Origin: Candidatus Gottesmanbacteria bacterium
Lineage (GTDB): Bacteria > Patescibacteriota > Microgenomatia > UBA10105 > UBA927
NCBI GenBank assembly: GCA_030679255.1
Contig: JAUXTO010000042.1
Location: forward strand, 44,714 to 108,713
Direction: 5' to 3'
DNA length: 64,000 bases
Positions within the stretch are counted from its first letter, which is position 1. Every line of letters starts with the position of its first letter. The notes under the pieces were generated by a model, which saw only the letters and a list, made by a program, of their open reading frames with translations, had not been told where the DNA came from and did no database searches. Shown here in pieces: positions 1-12,426 of this stretch. Position numbers and translations under genes: made by a program.

Positions 1-174
1 ATAGCCGGGCGTTCGACGGTCGAAAATCTTGTAGAGATCATCGAATTGCCCAAGAACGTCCACCCATTTTTTGTCGGTACCCAGTATCATCCTGAATATC
101 GATCCCGACCGCTTGTGCCGCATCCGCTGTTTCTTAGTTTTATCAACGCCTGCCGCCAACAACCAAAACGATGA
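1..174 (+). CDS. pyrG: CTP synthase, C-terminal fragment (gene starts upstream of window)
   Basis: Frame-1 translation ...[29 protein letters not shown]... matches conserved glutamine-amidotransferase C-terminus of CTP synthase; TGA at 172-174. Confidence 0.65.
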   Translation: MAGRSTVENLVEIIELPKNVHPFFVGTQYHPEYRSRPLVPHPLFLSFINACRQQPKR

Positions 175-1565
175 TTGATTGGAACACGATTACTCCTCTT
201 ACGTCACTGACTCATCTGGATGGCAGAAATGCGTCCAAGCTTTTCGTCCTCAAACCCTATTTTTCTGAATTTGCCTGGATGCAGACGCGGCTCACGGTCA
301 TGATCGGGTACGCGATCGCACTTGCATCATCGCACGGGGTTAGTCTTGCCCTCTCCCAACAACGGCAATGCAAATCGTTGCACGCATCGTTTTCATTACG
401 TGATGCTCAAGAGGTCGTTGCCATTGAGCGCACCGTCAATCATGATCTCAAAGCCCTGGAGCTCTATTTGGCGGCTAGCCTTAAAAGGTCTCACCTTTTG
501 AGGCTAATTCCTTATATTAATCTTGGGATTGGATCAGAGGATATCAATTCCATGGCGTTTGCGTTACTCATGGTCGGAAGTAGGGATGACGTGATGATTC
601 CGGCAATCAGGAAGATGGCTAAACAGCTAATCGAGTTAGCGTTTACCCATCGCGCGACTGCCATGGTTGCCAGAACTCACGCCCAACCGGCAAATGTCAC
701 GACGTTTGGTAAAGAGATCGCCAATACACTATCGCGATTGAGCGACGAAATGGAAATCTTTCAAACCATGAAGTTTCAGGCAAAATGTTCCGGTGAAGTC
801 GGCACCTATCAGGCGTTTATGGGGTTGGGGAAGTCATTTGATGCGATGGTTTTTTGTGATCGATTTATCCGTTCCTTCGGGCTCACACCGTGTCCGGTGT
901 CTACACAAATCGCGCCGTATGACAGTCTTGTGCGCTTTTTGCAGAGTCTGTACCGTATCAACATCATTCTCTTGGACCTTTGTAAAAATATGTGGCTCTA
1001 TGTGCTTTTGGGATATCTGAAAGTAAAAAAGCTTGACGCAGAAGTGGGCTCTGCCGGCATGCCGCATAAAGTCAACCCTATCTATTTTGAAGGCGCGGAA
1101 GGGGGGCTGGAAATGGCAAACGGAATTATTGAACTTTTTGTGCGCAAGCTTCCGGTCAACCGCCTGCAACGGGATTTTTCAGATTCGACGATGCGGCGGA
1201 ATATAGTCCTTCCTTTGTCGTATAGCCTCTTGTCGTATCAGAGTATTGTGGAGGCCTTAGAACGGATTGATGTCGATACGGATGCGATTCAAAAAGATTT
1301 GGCGAGTCATGCGGAAGTCTGGACGGAAACGGTGAAAGCATACGGAACGACTCATGGCATCGATGATATGTATGATCGCTTAAAGAAGGCAACGCGCGGC
1401 CGGGTGCTGTCGCAAAAAGATTTGCAGGATATCATTACCGCACTGCCTCTCAATGAAAAAGAACAGCAAGAGTTGCGCAAATTTTGCGGTATGTATCCGA
1501 ATCCCTATCCGGGCAGAATCGTTGATGATGTTATCAAACGGACAAAGAAGGTTTTTAATTACTAA
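171..1565 (+). CDS. purB: adenylosuccinate lyase (fumarate-lyase family)
   Basis: 464 aa; signature ...[10 protein letters not shown]... typical of fumarate lyase superfamily/PurB; 4-nt ATGA overlap with pyrG stop. Confidence 0.8.
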   Translation: MIDWNTITPLTSLTHLDGRNASKLFVLKPYFSEFAWMQTRLTVMIGYAIALASSHGVSLALSQQRQCKSLHASFSLRDAQEVVAIERTVNHDLKALELYLAASLKRSHLLRLIPYINLGIGSEDINSMAFALLMVGSRDDVMIPAIRKMAKQLIELAFTHRATAMVARTHAQPANVTTFGKEIANTLSRLSDEMEIFQTMKFQAKCSGEVGTYQAFMGLGKSFDAMVFCDRFIRSFGLTPCPVSTQIAPYDSLVRFLQSLYRINIILLDLCKNMWLYVLLGYLKVKKLDAEVGSAGMPHKVNPIYFEGAEGGLEMANGIIELFVRKLPVNRLQRDFSDSTMRRNIVLPLSYSLLSYQSIVEALERIDVDTDAIQKDLASHAEVWTETVKAYGTTHGIDDMYDRLKKATRGRVLSQKDLQDIITALPLNEKEQQELRKFCGMYPNPYPGRIVDDVIKRTKKVFNY

Positions 1566-4336
<2,771 letters not shown>

Positions 4337-4357
4337 GAAAGCTGGTAGAATAGCCGA

Positions 4358-4777
4358 ATGGCCAATCAAGTCACCTGGACATTGAGTGAAGGAGAGAATA
4401 AACAGTCCGTATTGATTCACATCGGAGATACGGTTCGTGTCCATTACAAACTGATTGAGCACGAAAAAGTAGCCGGCAAAACCAAGCGGGAAGTCAAAGA
4501 AGAAACCCGTGAACGGACCCAGGTCTTTGAAGGCATTTTGATCTCCATCCGCGGTAGTGGCGTCAACTGTATGTTTACGGTGCGTCATATGGGGACGGGC
4601 GCGGTAGGCATTGAACGTATTTTTCCGCTTATGTCCCCGTGGATAAGGAAAATGGAAGTGAAAAAGCACGGCGATGTCCGGCGTGCCAAACTTTATTATT
4701 TGCGCGGACGCCAAGGTAAGTCCGCTACCCGCATCGATGAGACAACGGTTCACATTCGACCCACCGGCGCCAAATAA
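4358..4777 (+). CDS. rplS: 50S ribosomal protein L19
   Basis: 139 aa; [12 protein letters not shown]...[16 protein letters not shown]...RRAKLYYLR matches bL19. Confidence 0.9.
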   Translation: MANQVTWTLSEGENKQSVLIHIGDTVRVHYKLIEHEKVAGKTKREVKEETRERTQVFEGILISIRGSGVNCMFTVRHMGTGAVGIERIFPLMSPWIRKMEVKKHGDVRRAKLYYLRGRQGKSATRIDETTVHIRPTGAK

Positions 4778-5141
4778 GAATTTCCACAAGAAACGCCTCG
4801 GCAAAATCGGCGAAGACCTTGCCTGTGAGTATCTCCTTAATCACCAGTACACCATCATTGAACGGAATTTCCAGAAACGGTATGGGGAGCTCGATATCAT
4901 CGTGATCAAAGACAAGATACTTATCTTTGTAGAGGTAAAAACGAGAATCGGCAGACGATTTGGGTTGCCGGAAGAATCCGTGACACCCCGAAAACTTCGC
5001 GAAGTTATTCAGACTGCTCATTACTACAAGCTCCTCCATCCCGAGCTACCCGAAAGGATGAGGATCGACGTTATCGCCATAGAACTTGAAACGGACGAAA
5101 CCCTCAAAGCCTTCCGCCACATCGAAAACGTGACTTCATAG
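4737..5141 (+). CDS. yraN: YraN/UPF0102 family endonuclease-like protein (start uncertain; ORF track starts at 4674)
   Basis: [34 protein letters not shown] pattern of UPF0102; first in-frame ATG downstream of plausible overlap with rplS at 4737. Confidence 0.65.
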   Translation: MRQRFTFDPPAPNKNFHKKRLGKIGEDLACEYLLNHQYTIIERNFQKRYGELDIIVIKDKILIFVEVKTRIGRRFGLPEESVTPRKLREVIQTAHYYKLLHPELPERMRIDVIAIELETDETLKAFRHIENVTS

Positions 5142-5144
5142 TTG

Positions 5145-5855
5145 TCATTCCCGCGTAGGCGGGAATCCAGTATTTGGGCACGTCTTTGCCTTCCGGAATC
5201 CCGCTTTCACCGCTTCTTTTTCCGTACAAAACCAACGGTCGCCGTGGTGGAGTTCAAGCTTGGTAGTCGCATACGTTTGACAGCCGGGGAAATGATAGGT
5301 GGGGATGCCGTTCGTCGTAACGTTTGCTTTTATGGAACATGATGGGTTTTTTGGATTTGTTTCTTGCGTACATAAGTTACTGAATATACCGACCTTCTTT
5401 TTACGGGCTTGATTTGTGGCATCCTTTAATTCCTGTAAGTCCAAATTTTCGCGGTCATTCATTTCCGCCCACCCGGAGGCGAGCATCGCCGTACTCACGA
5501 GCCCTTCATCCGTATACACGAGGCCCATCGAACGGCTGCCGATGTGATAGAGGACTTTCACATAGAGCGCTTTGTCGAGGATGAGTTTCTCGAGTTCTTT
5601 TTTTGCCTCTTCACTGCCACATTGTCCCATTTCGGGAGTGTTGATGCCCGAGAGCCGGATATACTGTTTCTCTTTGGTCTCAAACGTATCGCCGTCAAAG
5701 ACGCGGATGGCTGTATAGCTGGGGACGGGAACCGATTTTCCCTTTCCGAAGGAGAGCATTAATGTTGCACCAATAGCAACCGTTGCCGCAGCCACTCCGG
5801 TGATTTTCAGTTTGGAGAACCGTGGTTTGATTATGAGATTTACTCTTTCTTTCAC
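5145..5855 (-). CDS. membrane-anchored thermonuclease (SNase-like) family protein with Cys-containing C-terminal domain
   Basis: 236 aa; N-terminal TM helix; VFDGDTFE...IRLSGINTPE SNase motifs; C-terminal ...GIPTYHFPGCQTY...RWFCTEKEAVKAGFRKAK domain. Confidence 0.65.
   Translation of the reverse strand: MKERVNLIIKPRFSKLKITGVAAATVAIGATLMLSFGKGKSVPVPSYTAIRVFDGDTFETKEKQYIRLSGINTPEMGQCGSEEAKKELEKLILDKALYVKVLYHIGSRSMGLVYTDEGLVSTAMLASGWAEMNDRENLDLQELKDATNQARKKKVGIFSNLCTQETNPKNPSCSIKANVTTNGIPTYHFPGCQTYATTKLELHHGDRWFCTEKEAVKAGFRKAKTCPNTGFPPTRE
5148..5165. terminator. possible bidirectional hairpin between convergent yraN and nuclease genes (overlaps last codons of nuclease ORF)
   Basis: ttcccgc-gtag-gcgggaa perfect 7-bp stem. 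Confidence 0.25.
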
Positions 5856-5897
5856 ATTTATATCGTAGTATACGAGCGCTGCTTGCCCTATGAAGGT

Positions 5898-6335
5898 TTA
5901 CCTGTGTTTATTTATCTCGAAGTGTCTATTTGTTATTGCACGAACACAAAAATATTTTCCCGCTATAAAATAAAATATTCTTGCGGTAGATTGAATTTTA
6001 TGCTCCATCAGATCCACGTCGGGACTTAAGTTGCTATACAATTTTTTATATGCTCCGCTATTGACTACCGATAGAATATCAATATTATTCTGTTTTAGGG
6101 TAATTTTATTGTAACAGTTTCCAACAGTGCGAAGGTTCATTAAAGCTTTTCGACCGCCATGTTTTTCTAGGTCTAGTATTTCACACAAATCATCACGGTA
6201 ATATTTGAACGTGATAGCAAATTTTTCATATTCCGGATCTTTTGATTGAGATATTTGAGCAGCAGTTTCGGGTATATATTTGTTTTCCCTTATAGGTTTG
6301 AATTGGGGTATTGGAGATGAGCCGTTGTTATGCAT
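5898..6335 (-). CDS. hypothetical protein; putative toxin partner of Panacea-domain protein (C-terminal R-x5-H HEPN-like motif)
   Basis: 145 aa; 8-nt overlap with upstream DUF4065 gene; C-terminal ...CVRAITNRHFE resembles Rx4-6H. Confidence 0.4.
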   Translation of the reverse strand: MHNNGSSPIPQFKPIRENKYIPETAAQISQSKDPEYEKFAITFKYYRDDLCEILDLEKHGGRKALMNLRTVGNCYNKITLKQNNIDILSVVNSGAYKKLYSNLSPDVDLMEHKIQSTARIFYFIAGKYFCVRAITNRHFEINKHR

Positions 6336-6804
6336 GTTTCAGGCTCTTGAAGTATTTTTTCATTTCCTTCTTGGATATGATATTGGTTGAGGCATCTCCT
6401 GCGCTTAATCCTTCGCGAGCCAACTGCCAGGGTTCTTCATTGTGCGTAAGGGTTTCAAGATATTCAGCTTCAAATTTGCCATACACCTTCCAAACTTCAT
6501 TTAACAGATCATCCGTCTTTAAGGAAGCAATTTCTTTGGGATCAATGATCACATTAATATTTTCATATCCGAATTTACGATATTGATCGTATATACTCGG
6601 TATGGCAGGGCCGTGTACCCAAGCCTGTATATCCTCTTTGAAAAGAGGTCTATCTTTTAGAGCTAAATACCACGCTTGGGCGTAGTACAATAGTTTTTGA
6701 AGTTTTTTGTTTGTGATTGTTTTGCCTTCAGTCGAAGCTTTCCAAATGAAGAATTTAGCAACGAGTGAGGCGCTAAAGGGAGTTTTTATTATCATAAAAA
6801 TCAC
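6328..6804 (-). CDS. Panacea/DUF4065 (GepA/SocA-like) domain protein, putative antitoxin
   Basis: 158 aa; KLQKLLYYAQAWYLALKDRPLF...W..GP motif characteristic of DUF4065/Panacea domain. Confidence 0.6.
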   Translation of the reverse strand: MIFMIIKTPFSASLVAKFFIWKASTEGKTITNKKLQKLLYYAQAWYLALKDRPLFKEDIQAWVHGPAIPSIYDQYRKFGYENINVIIDPKEIASLKTDDLLNEVWKVYGKFEAEYLETLTHNEEPWQLAREGLSAGDASTNIISKKEMKKYFKSLKHA

Positions 6805-6904
6805 CTCCTCTTATATTATTTTCATCTGTAAGAAGGATAATGTCAATATAACAATATTTGTTTTGGGAACCATTGATGAGAAAGTAACACATTTACTGAT
6901 ATTT

Positions 6905-6913
6905 TGCTATAAT
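6905..6913 (+). promoter_or_regulatory. extended -10 (TGcTATAAT) promoter for tRNA-Lys
   Basis: tgctataat 11 nt upstream of tRNA 5' end. Confidence 0.4.
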
Positions 6914-6923
6914 AATCGCCTAG

Positions 6924-6998
6924 GGGTCGGTAGCTCAACGGTAGAGCAGTAGCCTTTTAAGCTATTGGTTCTGAGTTCGAATCTCAGCCGACTCACCA
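6924..6998 (+). tRNA. tRNA-Lys (anticodon UUU)
   Basis: Manual fold: acceptor GGGTCGG/CCGACTC (one G-U), D-arm GCTC-AACGGTA-GAGC, anticodon stem GTAGC/GCTAT loop CTTTTAA, T-arm CTGAGTTCGAATCTCAG, encoded CCA. Confidence 0.85.
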
Positions 6999-8515
6999 AC
7001 TTTGGCAGAGGGGGTACTATACTCCCTAGTCATCGCATATCCACGCCCTAATTCTGGTGTTCGAAATTTTATTCCTTCATAGACAAGTCCATTAGGGAAC
7101 ATCGAACACCCGATAGCCAGTTTGCCCTCAAGAGAGGCATCAATCCATACCCGTTTCATGTGAGAGAAGTAGTATTTGATAAAATTGACGCTGGTATCGA
7201 CATCAAGACGATCTATCTTTTTTTCACTAACAATACCCCGCTTCACTGCTAGCTGGGTTTCAAGATCATCTTTCATGGCGAGATATTCTTTGTCTGTATA
7301 TACACCTTTGGCGTTCTTGAGTCTCACTGTCCTCAACAATTCTTCAAGCTCTGCAATATCCCGGTGAACCTGATCCTCTGTATGGATGAGAAGGTTATTT
7401 TGAGCCTGCCACTTCTCGAGCACCATCTCTCCGAACCACTGCATATAGCCTTCGTCAAAAGTGATTCCATCAACAAGCTTGAGAAATGCTTCCTCTATAC
7501 CGTTCTCGCCGTCCTTACCATAGGAAATCACCTTATGTACGCCTCTTGTTGGACAGGCATAATACCCATATTTTTTGTATTTTCCCTTACTCCATGCGGA
7601 GGAGAGTTTTTTTCCACACTCACACCGGAGAATCCCCCTCAATGGGAAGTCCTCCCGTTGTTTCGCATATCGTTCTAGTTTTGATGGTCGCTTCCCTGTA
7701 AGTATCTCCCGGACACGGTAGAAGGTATCCAGGTCGATCATCGCCTCTTGCTGTCCGGTGGCTTCCCCATACTTCTGTGATACGAGAATACCTGCATAAA
7801 ACTTGTTAGAAAATACCCTGCTTGCTGATTGACGGAGAAACTTCTTGCACCGGCTGTCGTGTGTCAAGGTAAGCCCTAGTTTATTTATCTCTCTGGCTAC
7901 CTGAATCATGGAGAGTTTTTCCTGATCGACCCTATGCCACATAGTCTGAATGACTGGAAACCATGTCGGGTCTTTAACTGCAATGCTTTTTCCGTTCACT
8001 TTTTGCATTAGATATCCGATAGGAGGCTTTGAAGTTATATGTCCTTCGGTAAATCTTCTTTTAAGAGAGTTGGATACGTTCTGTGCCCTTTCCTCATTTT
8101 GATATTGATTGAATGATGCAAGGATCGTTTCGATCATTTTCTCTGCTGGTCTGTCGCCGGATGGTTCTGTAGTGGATATGAGACTGACGCCATGCTTTGC
8201 CATGAGTTCACGGATCACCAGGTAATCGAGTGTATTCCTATTAAGCCGTGAGAAGGCATAGACAATGATTGCGGATATATCGTTTTTGGGGTCTTTGACA
8301 AACGTGAGCATCTCCTGAAGTTGAGCCCTATCGGTCGTGGAAGCGCTAACTCCTTCTTCTCTGAATGTTTTGGCTACGATAAACCCCAATTGATCTGCCT
8401 TCTTTTGACACAGATCCTGCTGACTATCCAAAGAATAGCCATCAATTTGCTTATCACTGCTCACGCGGACATAAGTAACACAGTTTTTCATGCGAGTAGA
8501 TTTTGGGCAGCACAT
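6962..8515 (-). CDS. large serine recombinase (integrase); C-terminal tail overlaps tRNA-Lys 3' end; true start may be 8491 (MKNCVTYVRV)
   Basis: 517 aa; resolvase catalytic motif YVRVSSDKQ, recombinase domain, C-terminal CxxC...C zinc ribbon (CECGKK...YYAC). Confidence 0.85.
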   Translation of the reverse strand: MCCPKSTRMKNCVTYVRVSSDKQIDGYSLDSQQDLCQKKADQLGFIVAKTFREEGVSASTTDRAQLQEMLTFVKDPKNDISAIIVYAFSRLNRNTLDYLVIRELMAKHGVSLISTTEPSGDRPAEKMIETILASFNQYQNEERAQNVSNSLKRRFTEGHITSKPPIGYLMQKVNGKSIAVKDPTWFPVIQTMWHRVDQEKLSMIQVAREINKLGLTLTHDSRCKKFLRQSASRVFSNKFYAGILVSQKYGEATGQQEAMIDLDTFYRVREILTGKRPSKLERYAKQREDFPLRGILRCECGKKLSSAWSKGKYKKYGYYACPTRGVHKVISYGKDGENGIEEAFLKLVDGITFDEGYMQWFGEMVLEKWQAQNNLLIHTEDQVHRDIAELEELLRTVRLKNAKGVYTDKEYLAMKDDLETQLAVKRGIVSEKKIDRLDVDTSVNFIKYYFSHMKRVWIDASLEGKLAIGCSMFPNGLVYEGIKFRTPELGRGYAMTREYSTPSAKVGESAEIRTQNQ

Positions 8516-8660
8516 TTATTGTTGCGCCCCTTTAGTTTATTTTGCAATAGGTCAAGAGCAACATCGGCCAGCCGGGAGAATTTTTGGATCATCTCGGCTA
8601 CTTCTTGATCGGTCATATCTTTGATCTTATCTCCAAGTAGTTGTCTGGTGCGTTCAGTGG

Positions 8661-9023
8661 TCATGGTGTTTGTCTCAAAATAGTCCGAAACGTCCGGACA
8701 CTGTCCAATAGTGATCGTGGCGGGACACTTGCCTTGTTGCTAATAAACGCATTGACTTCTTCTTGTGCTATGTCTCCCGGGGAGAATTCCAGAGTTACCC
8801 TGCCGGTCATGTCCCGTTTCTGGGATATGAGCTTGAGTATTCCGAGCCCCGTTAGGTATAAAAGATAGGTAGCGAGATCCTGATCGCTTGATTTATAGGT
8901 GTCCATGTGTTCTCCTTTTGGCTGCCGGTGTAAAGAATGGCCACAATTTGAGTAATAATCCTTCTTCTCGAACGGTAAACCACTGGTGATAGATGGATTC
9001 ATACTCACGACTATTACGATCAA
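8661..9023 (-). CDS. hypothetical protein (element-encoded)
   Basis: 120-aa ORF in recombinase-primase operon; likely start at internal Met (MDTYK). Confidence 0.3.
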   Translation of the reverse strand: MIVIVVSMNPSITSGLPFEKKDYYSNCGHSLHRQPKGEHMDTYKSSDQDLATYLLYLTGLGILKLISQKRDMTGRVTLEFSPGDIAQEEVNAFISNKASVPPRSLLDSVRTFRTILRQTP

Positions 9024-9270
9024 GAAGCTGTAAGCGTGTTCGTAGCTCTACCTCATGTTTTTTTATGCTCTTGTGTGGATCATCCGGAGCAATCTCACTC
9101 AATTCCTGTAAACTGGCAGATCGAACCCGTTGTCTATGAAGGAGTTCCTTATCTATCTGCTGTAAATTGGTCTTGTCCAAGAAGGCGGGCTTTTCTGCTA
9201 TCCGTTCACGAAGTCTTGTAGCCATGGCTGATAATTTTTCATCTGGTAGTGCGTAGAGTTGTAGTTTCAT
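8893..9270 (-). CDS. hypothetical protein (element-encoded)
   Basis: 125-aa ORF, 4-nt overlap with primase stop. Confidence 0.35.
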   Translation of the reverse strand: MKLQLYALPDEKLSAMATRLRERIAEKPAFLDKTNLQQIDKELLHRQRVRSASLQELSEIAPDDPHKSIKKHEVELRTRLQLLDRNSREYESIYHQWFTVREEGLLLKLWPFFTPAAKRRTHGHL

Positions 9271-10859
9271 TCAATTACCTCCAAATTGTCTAAGAATTCG
9301 TCTTGTTCACTTTTCTTGTCATTGGTGGAGGTTGGTGGAACTTCGTAGGCACGAGGTGGAGCTTCGAGGCCTGTTTTACTAAACTCTCTATGCGAGAAGT
9401 CTCTAGAGGTAGTTTGTGGAAATGACCCTTGAACCTCCACCGTAGCCTCAAAATTGGTTGACGAACCTCCACCTGACAACGAAATTCCCCGGTAGAAATT
9501 GCCCTTTTTGCCCTCTAAGCGCTTGTAGCGTTCTCCTATCTTTTGGTAGAAGGTTTTGCTACCTAGCGATTCCTTTTTATCGTACCCCTGCTCAATGGCC
9601 CAAGCCTGGTATGCTTTCCACAAATCTGATGCTTTTGTTTCCACGGTCGGGAGCAATTCACACTTCTCGTTGATAAAGTCCGCCAACGTATCGCTTTCCT
9701 GTTGGTATTCGCTTGTCGCCTCAAGCACACACTGTGGAATAGGCTGCAAGCCCTCTTGTTGCCACAACAAGCAGCCTTGAATGAGCCAGTTGAGTATTCC
9801 CGATTGTTCTGTCTGGAGCTTTTGGGTCAGCTTGAGGTCTTGTTGGGCCGTGGTAAAAATACGGGTAAAGGGGATCAGTCGAACCCGGCGCCAGAATCCA
9901 AGAGAATCATCGCTCACAAGCGGTTTATGATTGACGAATAACCATATTTTGCAATGGGGCTCAAAGGTAAACCCCTCCGCATACAGGTAACGTGCCGTGA
10001 TTGCATCACCACCGGATATGTTTTTGAGCCTAGATTCATCTATCTTGCGTCCACCTAGCACCTCAGACGATACCACCATGCGCTTGAATTCCAGGGATGC
10101 TAGGTCGTTTGATGTGGTCGTTTGATTCCGTTGAAAGGTATGAAATGGTGCGTCGTGACTGTAATCTCCAAGTACATTCCGAAGTGTTGAAAAGAGGACG
10201 CTTTTACCGTTGCTACCGATCCCATAACAAAAGAACACGACCTGTTCCGATGTATCGCCCGTGAGGGTGTACCCAAGTGCCTTGTGAACAAAGCGAATAA
10301 GCTCCTCATTGCCCTCAAAGATTTCACCGATAAACTGTTCCCACCGTGGGCAGGTAGCAGCCGGATCATAAGATATATGCGTCGACATGGTGATCCGGTC
10401 TTCTTGTTTTCCTTCTCGGAACGATCCGTCATTGAGGTCAATAATCCCGTTTTCACAAGCGAGGAGATTTTTGTGCTGATCCCATTCCTGCCCGTTGTCT
10501 GCAATTGGAAGAAGATTTTTTGCGATTCCTGTTGACGCATCAAGACGCATCTTAGATTCACTTTGTATGGCCCATTTAGCTACTGCGGTACGCTTTGATA
10601 AATCTTCAATATCTTTTGCATCGCTATAGAGTTGTTTGACTGCCAGCACCGCAAATCGGTTAATCTCTCCGGAATCATCGGGACACCATCGGGGGGATTT
10701 CCAAAGCAGCCATCGCTTGCGGCGGTGATCGAAGCGCACCCTATCCCCAAACAGTTCAACGATCTTTTCAGCGTTAGACGTATCGGTGCATCGGATAGGT
10801 TCACTACTTGGGTTGATTAGCTTCATTGTTTTATCGATAATTTGGTCTGCTGTTTTCAT
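9267..10859 (-). CDS. D5/P4-family primase-helicase C-terminal (NTPase) protein
   Basis: 530 aa; Walker A FFCYGIGSNGKSVL typical of phage/plasmid primase P4-family C-terminal domain. Confidence 0.75.
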   Translation of the reverse strand: MKTADQIIDKTMKLINPSSEPIRCTDTSNAEKIVELFGDRVRFDHRRKRWLLWKSPRWCPDDSGEINRFAVLAVKQLYSDAKDIEDLSKRTAVAKWAIQSESKMRLDASTGIAKNLLPIADNGQEWDQHKNLLACENGIIDLNDGSFREGKQEDRITMSTHISYDPAATCPRWEQFIGEIFEGNEELIRFVHKALGYTLTGDTSEQVVFFCYGIGSNGKSVLFSTLRNVLGDYSHDAPFHTFQRNQTTTSNDLASLEFKRMVVSSEVLGGRKIDESRLKNISGGDAITARYLYAEGFTFEPHCKIWLFVNHKPLVSDDSLGFWRRVRLIPFTRIFTTAQQDLKLTQKLQTEQSGILNWLIQGCLLWQQEGLQPIPQCVLEATSEYQQESDTLADFINEKCELLPTVETKASDLWKAYQAWAIEQGYDKKESLGSKTFYQKIGERYKRLEGKKGNFYRGISLSGGGSSTNFEATVEVQGSFPQTTSRDFSHREFSKTGLEAPPRAYEVPPTSTNDKKSEQDEFLDNLEVIE

Positions 10860-11398
10860 ATCAATCTCCTCACCGCATCCGGAAAACTATACTTGTCGTG
10901 ATTCATCAAGTAGTCGATGGCTGACCCACCGTGAGCAGCACATCCAAAGCAGTGGTAGGAGTTGTCTTTGGTATAGAAGTAAAAAGACGCGGTTCGTTCT
11001 TCATGGAAGGGGCAGAGTGCCTTGAAGTTATGCCCGGAACGGATAAGGCGGCCGTCATAGAGTTCGTGGGTGGGATATTCCTTTGCCCTGTCTATCTGGT
11101 CTTGAGAGAGAAAATTAGATGGCTTTGATTCCTGTGGCAAACACCGAAGGTACAAATCGCACCAATAGGCCAACTCTGCTTTTAACTGATCCCGTTTCCG
11201 TTGTTCTGCAAACTGGATATACCACGGTGCGCGGTTGGTTCCCATCCTGTGGCCAAGATACTCTCGTTGGGCAGGTGTGAAACGGCGGGAGTTGTGTACC
11301 ATGGTGGTGTACTCCCAGACCTTCTCCTTGAAGATTGGCTTAATGTCGTCTTTGCCGAATATGTCTATAGTTTGGTTCATTGTCATAATACTCTCCAT
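10856..11398 (-). CDS. CHC2 zinc-finger primase N-terminal domain protein
   Basis: 180 aa; CPFHEERTASF...YHCFGCAAHG zinc-binding motif of DnaG-type primases; ATGA overlap with D5 ORF. Confidence 0.7.
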   Translation of the reverse strand: MESIMTMNQTIDIFGKDDIKPIFKEKVWEYTTMVHNSRRFTPAQREYLGHRMGTNRAPWYIQFAEQRKRDQLKAELAYWCDLYLRCLPQESKPSNFLSQDQIDRAKEYPTHELYDGRLIRSGHNFKALCPFHEERTASFYFYTKDNSYHCFGCAAHGGSAIDYLMNHDKYSFPDAVRRLI

Positions 11399-11573
11399 TT
11401 CTGCCCACTAAAAAACCCCCGTACCATTGGACTAATAAAATCCAATCGTACAGAGGTTGGTCAGACGGTTACCTTATACCGAAGGGTAGCTCAGGATGTC
11501 AGCTTTCTCAGCTCGACTATCGTCCGTTACTGTTCTTTCAACTGACGCCCAAAGACTTTGTGCTATGTGAACG

Positions 11574-11876
11574 TCAGATTTTCTTTTTATCTTTACCCAT
11601 CATTTTAATTTTATCGTCGTGTATAGCAGTAAGTGACGGTGAACGCATAAACTTCATAATGTTTTCACCAAGAACAACATTCTTTCGTCCAACTTTAGAC
11701 GAAACTAGTTTTCCCGATTTCATAAGTTTATAAATAGAACGAACATCGACGTTCATCGTTTCAGCTACTTCGTCCGGTCCGTATACTTTAAGTGGCACTA
11801 TTGGTTTAATATCCATAATCGCAGTATACACCCCATTATCTCTAAATGCAATAGGGCAAAAAGCAATTGAATACAT
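11574..11876 (-). CDS. excisionase/AlpA-like HTH DNA-binding protein (start may be internal MDIKPIV at 11816)
   Basis: KVYGPDEVAETMNVDVRSIYKLMKSGKL helix-turn-helix resembling phage Xis/AlpA family. Confidence 0.45.
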   Translation of the reverse strand: MYSIAFCPIAFRDNGVYTAIMDIKPIVPLKVYGPDEVAETMNVDVRSIYKLMKSGKLVSSKVGRKNVVLGENIMKFMRSPSLTAIHDDKIKMMGKDKKKI

Positions 11877-12032
11877 CTACCTCTTGACACTGATCTCTAC
11901 AGGGTATACGCTTGAGTAGCTTAGAAAGAACCGGTGAGAACATATTGTATAATTACTACGCCATCAGGCGAGATCTTTCTAAGCAATCGATTCTCACCAA
12001 CCTGATGGCAATTTTTGTGGAAAGGAGACAAC

Positions 12033-12152
12033 ATGAGAAATATACTAGCTGACCGGGCCTTCCTGCTCCGGACGATTCAGGCGCTCATCTGTGGCGCGAT
12101 GGCGTTTCTCGCATCTGGGAGTTTAGGGTTGAAAATCGGGAGGATTCTATGA
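12033..12152 (+). CDS. 39-aa hydrophobic peptide (possible)
   Basis: ATG preceded by aaaggagacaac; MRNILADRAFLLRTIQALICGAMAFLASGSLGLKIGRIL; ATGA overlap with next ORF. Confidence 0.2.
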   Translation: MRNILADRAFLLRTIQALICGAMAFLASGSLGLKIGRIL

Positions 12153-12367
12153 GCAGACGCACCGTATTACTCGACAGGATATACAAGCGATTTGCCACAC
12201 CGGAAGACCTACGGATTGTGGATGAGCTATATGCCAAAGGTTCCAAAGGTGTTGCTGTCCGCAAGATGCTTCAAGACATCCTTGAGAGACTGGATACCAA
12301 AGAATGGAATGCGGAGAAAGCACGGAGAATAGATGATTTTGATATCCCACGACTTCTTGCAGCGTGA
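12149..12367 (+). CDS. hypothetical protein (element-encoded)
   Basis: 72-aa ORF with RBS gggagg. Confidence 0.35.
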   Translation: MSRRTVLLDRIYKRFATPEDLRIVDELYAKGSKGVAVRKMLQDILERLDTKEWNAEKARRIDDFDIPRLLAA

Positions 12368-12426
12368 GGCTAGGGGTAGAGGTTCTGCTATGTAGAGGCG
12401 CTTCGGGAAACCGGGGCGCTTTTAGT

